Positions 9,392 to 18,029 of a DNA stretch of 64,000 nt are shown here, piece by piece; position 1 is the stretch's first letter; each line of letters begins with the position of its first letter. The stretch lies in IMG/VR virus record IMGVR_UViG_3300032280_000442, positions 64,001 through 128,000 of that record. The stretch is one strand, 5' to 3'. The stretch is from a virus. Its lineage: Duplodnaviria > Caudoviricetes. The notes beneath the pieces were generated by a model, which saw only the letters and a program-made list of their open reading frames with translations, made no database searches and was not told the origin of the DNA. The translations under genes were made by a program, and so were the position numbers.

Positions 9392-9463
9392 AAAATAGTA
9401 AAGGATGAAACTATGAGTGAATTCCGGAACGGAGTGTAGGACTATGAACGAATAGTTTTATCG
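9392..9463. repeat. dispersed imperfect-palindrome repeat B, copy 1
   Basis: aaaatagt.aaggatgaaactatgagtgaattccgga...taggactatgaacgaat.gttt, also at 12124-12195. Confidence 0.9.
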
Positions 9464-9464
9464 T

Positions 9465-10049
9465 TTAGTATTTTTGTGTAATATATTGTGATATAAACTC
9501 TTTGATTACATCCCATTTTTCATCAGGTAATTCACTATACACAAAATAATCCCCGTGTAAATCTTCATCAACCAAACTAATTAGTTTATCTAAATATTTT
9601 TGTTTTGTTTCATAATATTCGGGATGTAAGTGTTTGATAAATTTGTTAATGGATTTATCTATTAGGTACGTTCTCCGTCTTATGTCATTTAAGTTCATTA
9701 AGAACGATGACTCTTCCCTTAATATTCTTCTTATGGATTCTTGTAAGTTCATATTTGTAAGTTCATCATACTTTTTAATTATTCTTTCCCCGAATATTTC
9801 TTGTATAAACTTATATAAACCTTCTTCCGGTATAGGTGAATCTTCCACCCACCCATCGGTTAATTGCACAAGTATTTCCTCAGTAATTGAACTCACAACA
9901 ATAACCATAAATTTATTCGATGACATATTGGCATAATGTTTGAAGTTCCTTGATTGATTATTTAATTTTTGGTTAAAAATACTCTCAAGTTCATCAATAC
10001 TATATCTTCTTAAGATATATCTCTTTATGTTATTCTTTTGTAAGTTCAT
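9465..10049 (-). CDS. hypothetical two-module protein with N-terminal MNLQ and internal MNLQESIRRILREE leader
   Basis: ORF translation. Confidence 0.85.
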   Translation of the reverse strand: MNLQKNNIKRYILRRYSIDELESIFNQKLNNQSRNFKHYANMSSNKFMVIVVSSITEEILVQLTDGWVEDSPIPEEGLYKFIQEIFGERIIKKYDELTNMNLQESIRRILREESSFLMNLNDIRRRTYLIDKSINKFIKHLHPEYYETKQKYLDKLISLVDEDLHGDYFVYSELPDEKWDVIKEFISQYITQKY

Positions 10050-10094
10050 ACTAATAAATATAAAAAAAGGGAGAATGTTACTTCCCCCTTTTTA

Positions 10095-10718
10095 TTATTT
10101 TCTTATGAATAAATTATCTCTTCTTACTTTCTTCATAGTAGATAGTGAATCTCCTTCTGTATCTCTGTATCCTAATGTAAGAACAACTGTGGACTTTAAT
10201 CCTAATTCTCTTAATCCTAATACCTCATCTACTTTATTAGGTAAGAATCCCTCCATTGGAGTAGAGTCTACTTCTTCGAGTGCTGAAGCAACTAATGAGA
10301 AACCTAATCCTATATACGCTTGTTTCTGTGCCCATATTGTTTTTTGTTCTTCATCCATATTAGATATTGTACCAATCATCATTCCTTTGAAATCCTCTAA
10401 TACATCTACAGGGATATTTCTTTTGGTAGCGATATCATTAATATAATTCTCCACCGCCCATTCGGTAATCTCGTCCCACACCGCGAATACCAATACAGCT
10501 GATGAATCCTTTAATTGAGTTTGCCCGTAACAAGCCGGTACTAACTTCTCTTTTAACTCTTGGTCCTCCACCACGATTACTTGGTAAGGTGTTAGTCCAT
10601 ATGAACTCGGAGCCAATCTTGTTGCCTCTAAAATTCTTTCTAATTTATCTTCCGGGATTTTCTCCCCATTCATTTTCTTGGTGGCATATCTCCACTCTAA
10701 CGATTCTAATAATTTCAT
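10095..10718 (-). CDS. nitroreductase / NAD(P)H-dependent FMN oxidoreductase (NfsB-like)
   Basis: WRYATKK, LAPSSYGLTPY, DSTPMEGF, LGYR motifs. Confidence 0.92.
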   Translation of the reverse strand: MKLLESLEWRYATKKMNGEKIPEDKLERILEATRLAPSSYGLTPYQVIVVEDQELKEKLVPACYGQTQLKDSSAVLVFAVWDEITEWAVENYINDIATKRNIPVDVLEDFKGMMIGTISNMDEEQKTIWAQKQAYIGLGFSLVASALEEVDSTPMEGFLPNKVDEVLGLRELGLKSTVVLTLGYRDTEGDSLSTMKKVRRDNLFIRK

Positions 10719-10722
10719 AGTG

Positions 10723-10914
10723 TTATTTGTTTTTTGTTAGTTTTATTATATTTGTTTGAACATCTATGTTTTCTATATTCCATTTACCCTTTGGTAAAGG
10801 AAAATAAATTTCATCCCAATTACTACTATCGTTTGTGTCAGCAATTAATTTATTGCTAGTAGATATTCCCACATTCATATACCCTTTTGGTATTTTAATT
10901 ATTAATTCTTTCAT
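10723..10914 (-). CDS. hypothetical protein
   Basis: short ORF in operon. Confidence 0.65.
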   Translation of the reverse strand: MKELIIKIPKGYMNVGISTSNKLIADTNDSSNWDEIYFPLPKGKWNIENIDVQTNIIKLTKNK

Positions 10915-10952
10915 AGTATTATTGTTTGTAGTAATATAATAAATTTCCCCAC

Positions 10953-11231
10953 TTAATCAATAGGGAATTCTAATACCTTAGTAACCTCTTTGTCCCACCC
11001 TCTTAACTTATAACCTTTTTGTAAGTTATTAATCATAGTAATGGCTTTGTTTTCAGTATCAAACATAAGTGGATATGTTTCACAATCCCCATTATAACAT
11101 TGGATATCTGTTATATTATCCCATAGTTTCCACCATAGGAACTTTGTTTGACATTGTATGGTATAATGTTCTTTATTTATCTCCCCCTTTTCGTAGTGTG
11201 TATGTTTAACTACTCTATATATTTTTTTCAT
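10953..11231 (-). CDS. hypothetical protein (start MKKIYR at 11231)
   Basis: ORF; KFLWWKLW motif. Confidence 0.7.
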   Translation of the reverse strand: MKKIYRVVKHTHYEKGEINKEHYTIQCQTKFLWWKLWDNITDIQCYNGDCETYPLMFDTENKAITMINNLQKGYKLRGWDKEVTKVLEFPID

Positions 11232-11316
11232 AACGTTAAATATATAAATGTTTATCTTCATAATCAACCCCACCTTTAATAAAAATGTTTTATCTTTGTT
11301 AGATATTTATATTGGT

Positions 11317-11751
11317 ATGAAAATAGTAATCACCGAAAATAAAATGTATAACCTTCTTAATAAATCCCTCGAACATTTGTTTGACGGGTTTAATGATGTC
11401 GATTATACTTGGGCCGACTTTAACTGTGGTTGGGGTGTATGTTGTGATATATATGCCGTTGGTTTTACACTTCCCGGTAGTGAACACGATGACTACCTAT
11501 TTAAACTAATTGATAGTGAGAACTATGATAATAACGGTGACTATGGTGAAGAACTTACCGGCGAGTTACCTGAGATATGTATGGAACATCCCGATATTAC
11601 CAACCCCCAATTTGATACCATTATCTTTTATGAACTATTTGTGGAAGAACTTGAGAATTACTTAGGACCAATACGTAATTGGGGTACTGAGTTGTTAGGT
11701 CTGTTAAACACTAAGTTCGGTATGAATGCTAAGAAAATAATATTCATATGA
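11317..11751 (+). CDS. hypothetical protein with MKIVITENK leader (start 11317)
   Basis: GATATTTATA at 11302-11311 just upstream. Confidence 0.85.
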   Translation: MKIVITENKMYNLLNKSLEHLFDGFNDVDYTWADFNCGWGVCCDIYAVGFTLPGSEHDDYLFKLIDSENYDNNGDYGEELTGELPEICMEHPDITNPQFDTIIFYELFVEELENYLGPIRNWGTELLGLLNTKFGMNAKKIIFI

Positions 11752-12071
11752 GAATAATAATTACAGAGAATAAAAGAAACAAAGCCATAACCAAATGGTT
11801 AGATGAGAACTACGGTGACTTAGAAAAGTATTCTGCTCCGGGTAGTTTTAGATACATCGTCTACAGAGATAATAATGGTGGGAATGTTTTTAATTTTAAT
11901 CGTAACACCGGTATAGTTACAATAGTTAATGAAATTTTGTATCAAGATTTAAAACATATGTTTGGTCTTAACGGATATGAATTAAATGATATCTTTATTC
12001 CTTGGATTATGGAAAGATATAATGTACACGCTGAGAAAGTTCAATACGCCGAGTTTACCCACCTGTTTTAA
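11748..12071 (+). CDS. hypothetical protein with MRIIITENK leader
   Basis: ATGA overlap. Confidence 0.85.
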   Translation: MRIIITENKRNKAITKWLDENYGDLEKYSAPGSFRYIVYRDNNGGNVFNFNRNTGIVTIVNEILYQDLKHMFGLNGYELNDIFIPWIMERYNVHAEKVQYAEFTHLF

Positions 12072-12123
12072 CCATATATTACACATTTCGGTAATATTCG
12101 TGATTATTACACATTTTGGTAAT

Positions 12124-12195
12124 AAAATAGTGAAGGATGAAACTATGAGTGAATTCCGGAGTGGAACGTAGGACTATGAACGAATGGTTTAATCG
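12124..12195. repeat. dispersed repeat B, copy 2
   Basis: near-identical to 9392-9463. Confidence 0.9.
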
Positions 12196-12668
12196 TTGAC
12201 TATTTTACTTAACATTAAATGAAAAATCTTATCCACTATACTATGACTTAAATTTTCATATTTTATGTTAAAACTACCAAGATAAAAGTCATCATAATCA
12301 TAATCATAACCACTTATTTCTTTAGTATATCTTTCTACGACAATATATTCAGGTCTATAATATTCTATTAGTTGTTTTTCCTCGTAAGTTTCATCATACA
12401 CTATTGAACCTCCCCACGAAAATCCGGGACCACCAACCTCAACATCGTCATACTCTTCACAAAGTTTTGTTACAATATCTTTAATGAATTGAATCTTTTC
12501 TTCTTTGGTGAATTCATAATCCCCCATCATTTGTTTGAGTTTGTTATATCCCCCAAAATAACGAATGGTATCATATATACCCATATCGTTAATTAAGTTA
12601 GCAACTTTGTTCTCTTTGATAACCCCCATCATTTGGTGGATTCTATGTATGTTCTCTTGTAAGTTCAT
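12189..12668 (-). CDS. hypothetical protein with MNLQENIHRI leader; paralog of the C-terminal half of 13960..14697
   Basis: MGIYDTIRYFGG/LGVSDAIKYFGN and KYENL/KYESL similarity. Confidence 0.85.
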   Translation of the reverse strand: MNLQENIHRIHQMMGVIKENKVANLINDMGIYDTIRYFGGYNKLKQMMGDYEFTKEEKIQFIKDIVTKLCEEYDDVEVGGPGFSWGGSIVYDETYEEKQLIEYYRPEYIVVERYTKEISGYDYDYDDFYLGSFNIKYENLSHSIVDKIFHLMLSKIVND

Positions 12669-13132
12669 ATTGAATAAAATATATCATCCGGTCTGTTACT
12701 TTTAGTTGTTTTAATTCCGTTATTTAATAAAATTATTTTAACAAAACTCCCGCAATTCACAGCTCTTTTATTTTTAATATTACAAACAATTTCATTTGGA
12801 ACTTCAACTACCTTAGGTAATTTAACTTCATCGTAAAGACCTTGTTCTTTCGCATCCAATTTTGATTTTGACATATTAAATAATTCTTCAGTATCTTCAA
12901 ATCTATATTTAATTGGTGGTAAAGGTTTTACTCCGTCTTTAGTATATCTATGACCACTCATATCTTTCATAGTCCCATCTGTAAGAACAAATCCTATATG
13001 GTCATAATCCCAACCTTTTGGACAATATGGTGATTTCATAACAAATAAAGTATCAGATAAATCCTTATCTTTACTTTCTTTAATAATCCCCATCATTGAT
13101 TGGATTCTATGTATGTTCTCTTGTAAGTTCAT
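12665..13132 (-). CDS. putative permuted papain-like (NlpC/P60) hydrolase with MNLQ leader
   Basis: His (DHIGF) precedes Cys (NCGSFV). Confidence 0.55.
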   Translation of the reverse strand: MNLQENIHRIQSMMGIIKESKDKDLSDTLFVMKSPYCPKGWDYDHIGFVLTDGTMKDMSGHRYTKDGVKPLPPIKYRFEDTEELFNMSKSKLDAKEQGLYDEVKLPKVVEVPNEIVCNIKNKRAVNCGSFVKIILLNNGIKTTKSNRPDDIFYSI

Positions 13133-13133
13133 A

Positions 13134-13541
13134 TTAATTAATATGTTTGAATACTTTTCTAATGTGTTTCGGTAATGAATTTATTGGTATTACCTTTGCT
13201 TTGATTGTTTCTAATCCTTGTCTTGCAGCTTTCTGAGCTCTGTGGTGTCCGTCTATAATTGTTATGAATTTACCATCATCGTTAACAAAGATTAGTATTG
13301 GGTATTGTAAATCAGCACTTTCTATCTTTCTAACCTCATCTTCATCCCCATCCCACGATAGTAAATGTGGCTTTAATTCTTCTACTGAGATATTTTTTAC
13401 CGGAATGTTTTCTGTAGCATTTAATAAATCCATAAGGGTGATTTTATCCCCCTCATTATTTTGCCAAGATGTGTCGTGTAATCCTTCATTGATTACCCCC
13501 ATCATCTGTTTAATTCTATGTATGTTTTCTTGTAAGTTCAT
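13134..13541 (-). CDS. ParB/Srx N-terminal-like domain protein with MNLQ leader
   Basis: ADLQYPILI...IIDGHHRAQKA. Confidence 0.8.
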   Translation of the reverse strand: MNLQENIHRIKQMMGVINEGLHDTSWQNNEGDKITLMDLLNATENIPVKNISVEELKPHLLSWDGDEDEVRKIESADLQYPILIFVNDDGKFITIIDGHHRAQKAARQGLETIKAKVIPINSLPKHIRKVFKHIN

Positions 13542-13542
13542 A

Positions 13543-13956
13543 TTAATAACTTTCTCCTGTCCCTTTATAAATTAGTTTAATACAATCCGATGGTATAGTG
13601 TTGAAAGTTACAATATGTTTTTGGTAGTCACCATCATCAAAATGTCTATCTTTATACCACTCAACCTCCGCACATTCCGTATCTATAATCCAAATGTCAT
13701 CATCATAGGTTGAATCAAACATATCTTCTTTTGTTACAGAATCTGTTGCGAATATGGCTTCTTTACAAGGAGTATCACCGCCAACAAATTGTCTATAACA
13801 ATCACCAACTGATGTTTGTAATCCCATTTGTTTTATGTCTTTCCTCCACATAGGATTTGATTTGTGAGCAACATATTTTCCCGGTTCGTATTTCATACCC
13901 GATGGAGAATATATCTCTTCATTCACAATTCGTATTATGGTGTTAATTAATTTCAT
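13543..13956 (-). CDS. putative ADP-ribosyltransferase/Tpt1-like fold protein with leader
   Basis: AHKS...IKQMGL, AIFAT, IWIID, IPSDCI pattern. Confidence 0.45.
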   Translation of the reverse strand: MKLINTIIRIVNEEIYSPSGMKYEPGKYVAHKSNPMWRKDIKQMGLQTSVGDCYRQFVGGDTPCKEAIFATDSVTKEDMFDSTYDDDIWIIDTECAEVEWYKDRHFDDGDYQKHIVTFNTIPSDCIKLIYKGTGESY

Positions 13957-13959
13957 ATC

Positions 13960-14697
13960 TTAGTGATTTAATAATATCTCAACCAACTCCTCAATTATTT
14001 GTACCGGTAAACTTTCATACTTAGCATAATAGTCCCTTAAATGACTACTAAACTCAGTTTCATATATACTAATGTCTACACTTGTTCGACCTAACCATTC
14101 TATTTGATGTTCCTCCCCATCTTCATCACTATAATGAAGTGGGTCTTCATTTATCTCGTGTAAACCAACACCACTACCATCATCACTTAATTCTCTAACT
14201 TTCTCTTTGATAAAATTAACCTTATCAATAACTTTTAAGTATGGCTCAATTTTATAGTAATTCCCAAAATACTTAATGGCGTCAGAAACACCCAAAGTTT
14301 TAATCATATCAGAAATACTATTATCTTTATCCTCTTTTATAATATCATCACAACTCTTTACGTGTTTGGTAAACATCTCTAATTTCTGTCCGGTGTAGTT
14401 ATATATTAAATCCCACGCTTCATTCATTAAATCATCAAACATACGTCTTACTGATTGTGTCGCTGGCCAATTATCACTCCCATACCCACCAATTAAATAA
14501 AAATCAACCCTGTAGTTATTGTAGGGATATTCCTGATGCGGTAGTTTGGTTCTATTGTCAGGATGTTTAACCTCAACCTTACAAACAACGTCTTTGTGGT
14601 CTTTAACAAACCCATCTAATAATGTTTGAATTACCGAAGTTAAATCTTTTTTAGATTCTTCTACTAATATACTCTTTATGGTTCCTATTAATTTCAT
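13960..14697 (-). CDS. two-domain hypothetical protein with leader and internal IIKE junction
   Basis: C-terminal half matches mature 12189..12668. Confidence 0.85.
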   Translation of the reverse strand: MKLIGTIKSILVEESKKDLTSVIQTLLDGFVKDHKDVVCKVEVKHPDNRTKLPHQEYPYNNYRVDFYLIGGYGSDNWPATQSVRRMFDDLMNEAWDLIYNYTGQKLEMFTKHVKSCDDIIKEDKDNSISDMIKTLGVSDAIKYFGNYYKIEPYLKVIDKVNFIKEKVRELSDDGSGVGLHEINEDPLHYSDEDGEEHQIEWLGRTSVDISIYETEFSSHLRDYYAKYESLPVQIIEELVEILLNH

Positions 14698-15470
14698 TAC
14701 TTATCTTCAGGTAATTTAGTATCTTTGATAAATTTCTTGTGTGAATCCTTATACGATTTTTGGGTTTCATCGTTCACATCTTTGGTGTATTGCCAATTCC
14801 AATACAAGTCATTGTTTGGTTTGAATCCATAAAACTTATGAACATCTTTCTGTATTTCAGTTACATTCTCACCGTTCCAATTCTGTCCAACACAAATGAA
14901 TCCGGTCTCAATATCTTTAACAAGATTTGATTCACCCAATGTTGTATGTCTGTTCTCAATCCAAGTCAATCTCTCAATTAAGTTTTGGTAGAACATATTG
15001 GTTTGTCCCCATCTTATGGAACTAAAGAATATAACTGCGTCAGATTCAAATAACTCTTTGGATATCTTCCATAACTCATCCTTTGGATTGTTATAACTTG
15101 CCCAACATCTATGGTCTCCGGATGGATTCTTTTTCTTATCTTTGAGCATTGCTTTAAGTAACCCACAACTGTTACCGTCTTTTCTTGATACATTTCCTTC
15201 ACAAGGAACGATATTAAGTTCAGAGACATCAATAAGTACTGAAGTATCTTTTAACTCATCGTTAAGATACATTGCAATCATCTTTGATTTTGGTATGTCA
15301 AGGTTTTTTTCATCCCAATTATATCTATTGGAACAACTTAAGATTAGAACCTTTTTCTTTTCTTTAAGAATATCTAATGTTTTCTTAATTGATTTCCACG
15401 CATCTGATTGGACCATCTCTTCCGAAATCATCATTTCTCTTATTCTTTGTATATTTTCTTGTAAGTTCAT
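14697..15470 (-). CDS. flavodoxin-like / NADPH-dependent FMN reductase family protein with MNLQ leader
   Basis: VLILSCSNR, LNIVPCEGN, ESDAVIFFSSIRWG, NLIERL. Confidence 0.8.
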   Translation of the reverse strand: MNLQENIQRIREMMISEEMVQSDAWKSIKKTLDILKEKKKVLILSCSNRYNWDEKNLDIPKSKMIAMYLNDELKDTSVLIDVSELNIVPCEGNVSRKDGNSCGLLKAMLKDKKKNPSGDHRCWASYNNPKDELWKISKELFESDAVIFFSSIRWGQTNMFYQNLIERLTWIENRHTTLGESNLVKDIETGFICVGQNWNGENVTEIQKDVHKFYGFKPNNDLYWNWQYTKDVNDETQKSYKDSHKKFIKDTKLPEDK

Positions 15471-16069
15471 TATTTTGTTTTTTTAACACAATTAGGGTAT
15501 TTCTTACCAAACATTGTCTTCATACCTTTTTGAGTATATCCCGCCCAACATTTTTCCGTAAGTTCCTCCTCCTTCATTTCATTTTTTTTATGTTTACCAT
15601 CACAATGAGCTTTCTGACTAAATCCTTTTGGGTTATTACAGTTAATAGATTTTTTGTACTTTTCTGACCACTTTTCCGTAAACTCACCTTCTTTCATTTC
15701 TTGAGTTTTCTTTTTTGATTCTTCTTTTTTAGATTCAATATACTCAAATGCAGTTCTTAATCTTTTTTTAACTTCAGGGTCTTTTGCTCTTTCTAACGCA
15801 ACTCTCAATCTTTGATGTATAAGATTAATGATTTGTGATTGTCTGGCGTGTGATTTTGATTTGAAACTTTCTTTATTCAAAGTATCAACAATATCTTGTT
15901 TTGTTTTAAACTTAACGGAAACCGTATCATTTGGATTTTCATCGGTATATAACCTTCTATCCGAACCTTCAGGTTTTTTACCAGTCCCAACCTTTAGGTC
16001 ACTCTCATTAATCACTCTTTTAACTAATGAAATAAGTTCTGATTCTGTTAGTCTTATTATTTTTTTCAT
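15470..16069 (-). CDS. modular basic protein with leader and three modules joined by E-[FL]-T-E sites
   Basis: VINE|SDLKVGTG..., EFTE|KWSEKYKKSINC..., ELTE|KCWAGY...PNCVK. Confidence 0.85.
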   Translation of the reverse strand: MKKIIRLTESELISLVKRVINESDLKVGTGKKPEGSDRRLYTDENPNDTVSVKFKTKQDIVDTLNKESFKSKSHARQSQIINLIHQRLRVALERAKDPEVKKRLRTAFEYIESKKEESKKKTQEMKEGEFTEKWSEKYKKSINCNNPKGFSQKAHCDGKHKKNEMKEEELTEKCWAGYTQKGMKTMFGKKYPNCVKKTK

Positions 16070-16070
16070 A

Positions 16071-16472
16071 TTACCTATTATATGGTCTAAACCTTGCTGG
16101 GTTTGCTTTTATTGCCGACTTTGGAAATCTTAATCCAACTCCCTGTTGTCTTGCATTTTTTAATGTTCTTGCGTATTCTGTTAATTCTTCACTATCAATA
16201 TTATCAATAGATTTTACTAATTTATGACATTTATCAGATACACCACCCTTTTCGTGGTCGGTTATGGATATTTTTACTTTATCATAATTTATTTCAATGT
16301 CCGGATGATGGTTTTGTGTTTCAGCAATTTTCGCAATTTTATTAACAAAATCAATAGCATCATTAAAATCTTTGAATTTGAAAGTTCTTTCTAATTTTTT
16401 ATTAGAATTAACCCAATTTTTTGATTCAAACATCATTTCTTTAATCCTTTGTATATCTTCTTGTAAGTTCAT
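16071..16472 (-). CDS. pterin-4-alpha-carbinolamine dehydratase (PhhB/PCD-like) with MNLQ leader and basic C-terminal module
   Basis: LERTFKFKDF..A..FVN.IA..AE.QNHHPDI...THEKGGVS pattern. Confidence 0.9.
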   Translation of the reverse strand: MNLQEDIQRIKEMMFESKNWVNSNKKLERTFKFKDFNDAIDFVNKIAKIAETQNHHPDIEINYDKVKISITDHEKGGVSDKCHKLVKSIDNIDSEELTEYARTLKNARQQGVGLRFPKSAIKANPARFRPYNR

Positions 16473-16475
16473 AAC

Positions 16476-16520
16476 TATAAATATATTGTTTGGTGGAATA
16501 GTTTTAATTTTGTATCTTTG
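16476..16520. promoter_or_regulatory. back-to-back promoters: TATTTATA (- strand, 16476-16483) and TTTG-N20-TATCTTTG (+ strand, 16489-16520)
   Basis: direct motif match in a divergent intergenic gap. Confidence 0.75.
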
Positions 16521-16538
16521 CTTTCTAAATAATACACA

Positions 16539-16916
16539 ATGGAAGTAACTGACAACATCGTAGCAATTAATTTACCTAAAATTAAAAAGTATATTAGAAA
16601 ACATCCTGTAACCGGAATGGTTGAAAGAGAAGAATGGTTTCAGTTTAATTATAGAGTAACCGGAGTTAAATATGAAGAGAGTAAATGGTCTTGGAATAGA
16701 GTTTTGTATGTAAATGTTGAAGTGTCAGATAAATATTGGATATTTAATTCTAACTTAAAAAAATCCGAATGGCGTTATCGTAAATATATGTGGTCATCAG
16801 TAAGAAGAAACCAATATATTAGAGGTTATGTGAGAGACGAAGTTAAACAATTTTTTGATATCTTCTCAATTCCTTGCAGAGTAGAAATTAAAACAATTAA
16901 AATGAAACAGGAATAA
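16539..16916 (+). CDS. hypothetical protein
   Basis: ORF behind sigmaA-type promoter. Confidence 0.8.
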   Translation: MEVTDNIVAINLPKIKKYIRKHPVTGMVEREEWFQFNYRVTGVKYEESKWSWNRVLYVNVEVSDKYWIFNSNLKKSEWRYRKYMWSSVRRNQYIRGYVRDEVKQFFDIFSIPCRVEIKTIKMKQE

Positions 16917-16933
16917 TTTAATATGTTTGAACT

Positions 16934-17230
16934 ATGAAAACAATAAAATTAACGAAGAAGGAATATAATAAATTAATTAAATCCGTAGTAGAGAAAACCG
17001 CTCAGGACATTCTAGCTATGATTGGTGAATCCACCACAATTATCTATAAAGATAAACCTATGGAAGTTGTTAAAACACCAATCAACGTTCCGAACTCTCC
17101 ACTTAAACCTATGGATAAGAAACAAGAGATGATTGAGTCGTTGGAATATCTTAAGAAAAAATCTGTAAAATCTAAACAGGATAAAATATCAATTGAGATG
17201 TTGGAAGCCGTGTTAAGAAATATGAAGTAA
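16934..17230 (+). CDS. hypothetical basic protein
   Basis: ORF. Confidence 0.75.
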   Translation: MKTIKLTKKEYNKLIKSVVEKTAQDILAMIGESTTIIYKDKPMEVVKTPINVPNSPLKPMDKKQEMIESLEYLKKKSVKSKQDKISIEMLEAVLRNMK

Positions 17231-17346
17231 TTACCTTTTGTGGTAGGATAGACCCCATAAATTGGGGTTTATCTTGTGGTGATTGATAATATATTTCATT
17301 CCCCATTCACTACGCATTGTGTAGTGTTGTGCAAACAGAATATAAT

Positions 17347-17373
17347 AAAAAATGTCCGTTATTACGGACATTT
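17347..17373. terminator. bidirectional terminator
   Basis: aaatgtccgt-tatt-acggacattt. Confidence 0.8.
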
Positions 17374-17701
17374 AATCATAATCACCAATTAAATTAACTT
17401 CTTCAGGTTCTATTCTTAATCTATCTTTAAACCACCAACTAATAATACTCTCAAGTTCTTCATCACTAAATGAGAACAATCTTAGTGGTTCCCACATACC
17501 TTTATTAACTTCCAATAAATCATATTTTTCTGACCACCACATCAAAATGTTATCACTTTCATCTCTGAATATTATTTGTTGATTACTAAATACAGAATCT
17601 TTATTTAAATCAATATACTCACGAGTTAATTTACTCAAGATATCGTCTAATATCTTGTAGGATAATTGGTATCTTTTATTTTCTGTTATTAATATTTTCA
17701 T
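17372..17701 (-). CDS. hypothetical protein with MKILITENK leader
   Basis: ORF in coupled operon. Confidence 0.85.
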   Translation of the reverse strand: MKILITENKRYQLSYKILDDILSKLTREYIDLNKDSVFSNQQIIFRDESDNILMWWSEKYDLLEVNKGMWEPLRLFSFSDEELESIISWWFKDRLRIEPEEVNLIGDYD

Positions 17702-18027
17702 AACTCATTATCTATCCACAGCTCAGAATATCTCACTATTTTATCAGTTAATTCCTCATAACATATCCCTATCATTTCCTCAAATTCTTCTTTAGATGAA
17801 ACAAAAGTTCTTAAACTCATAAAGTAATCCGGATATATAATTAATTGACCATTACTTGGTCTATATAACAATCCTGTAACCGCATTATCATCATATACCT
17901 CATCATAGTAGATATAAATAATACTTGTACCACCACCCATTCTTGTTGGAGTTAATTTATTAAACAGGGTTTTAAACTCTGTTCTAAATAACATATCTCT
18001 TTTATTTTCTGTGATTACAATTCTCAT
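17698..18027 (-). CDS. hypothetical protein with MRIVITENK leader
   Basis: ORF. Confidence 0.85.
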   Translation of the reverse strand: MRIVITENKRDMLFRTEFKTLFNKLTPTRMGGGTSIIYIYYDEVYDDNAVTGLLYRPSNGQLIIYPDYFMSLRTFVSSKEEFEEMIGICYEELTDKIVRYSELWIDNEL

Positions 18028-18029
18028 AC

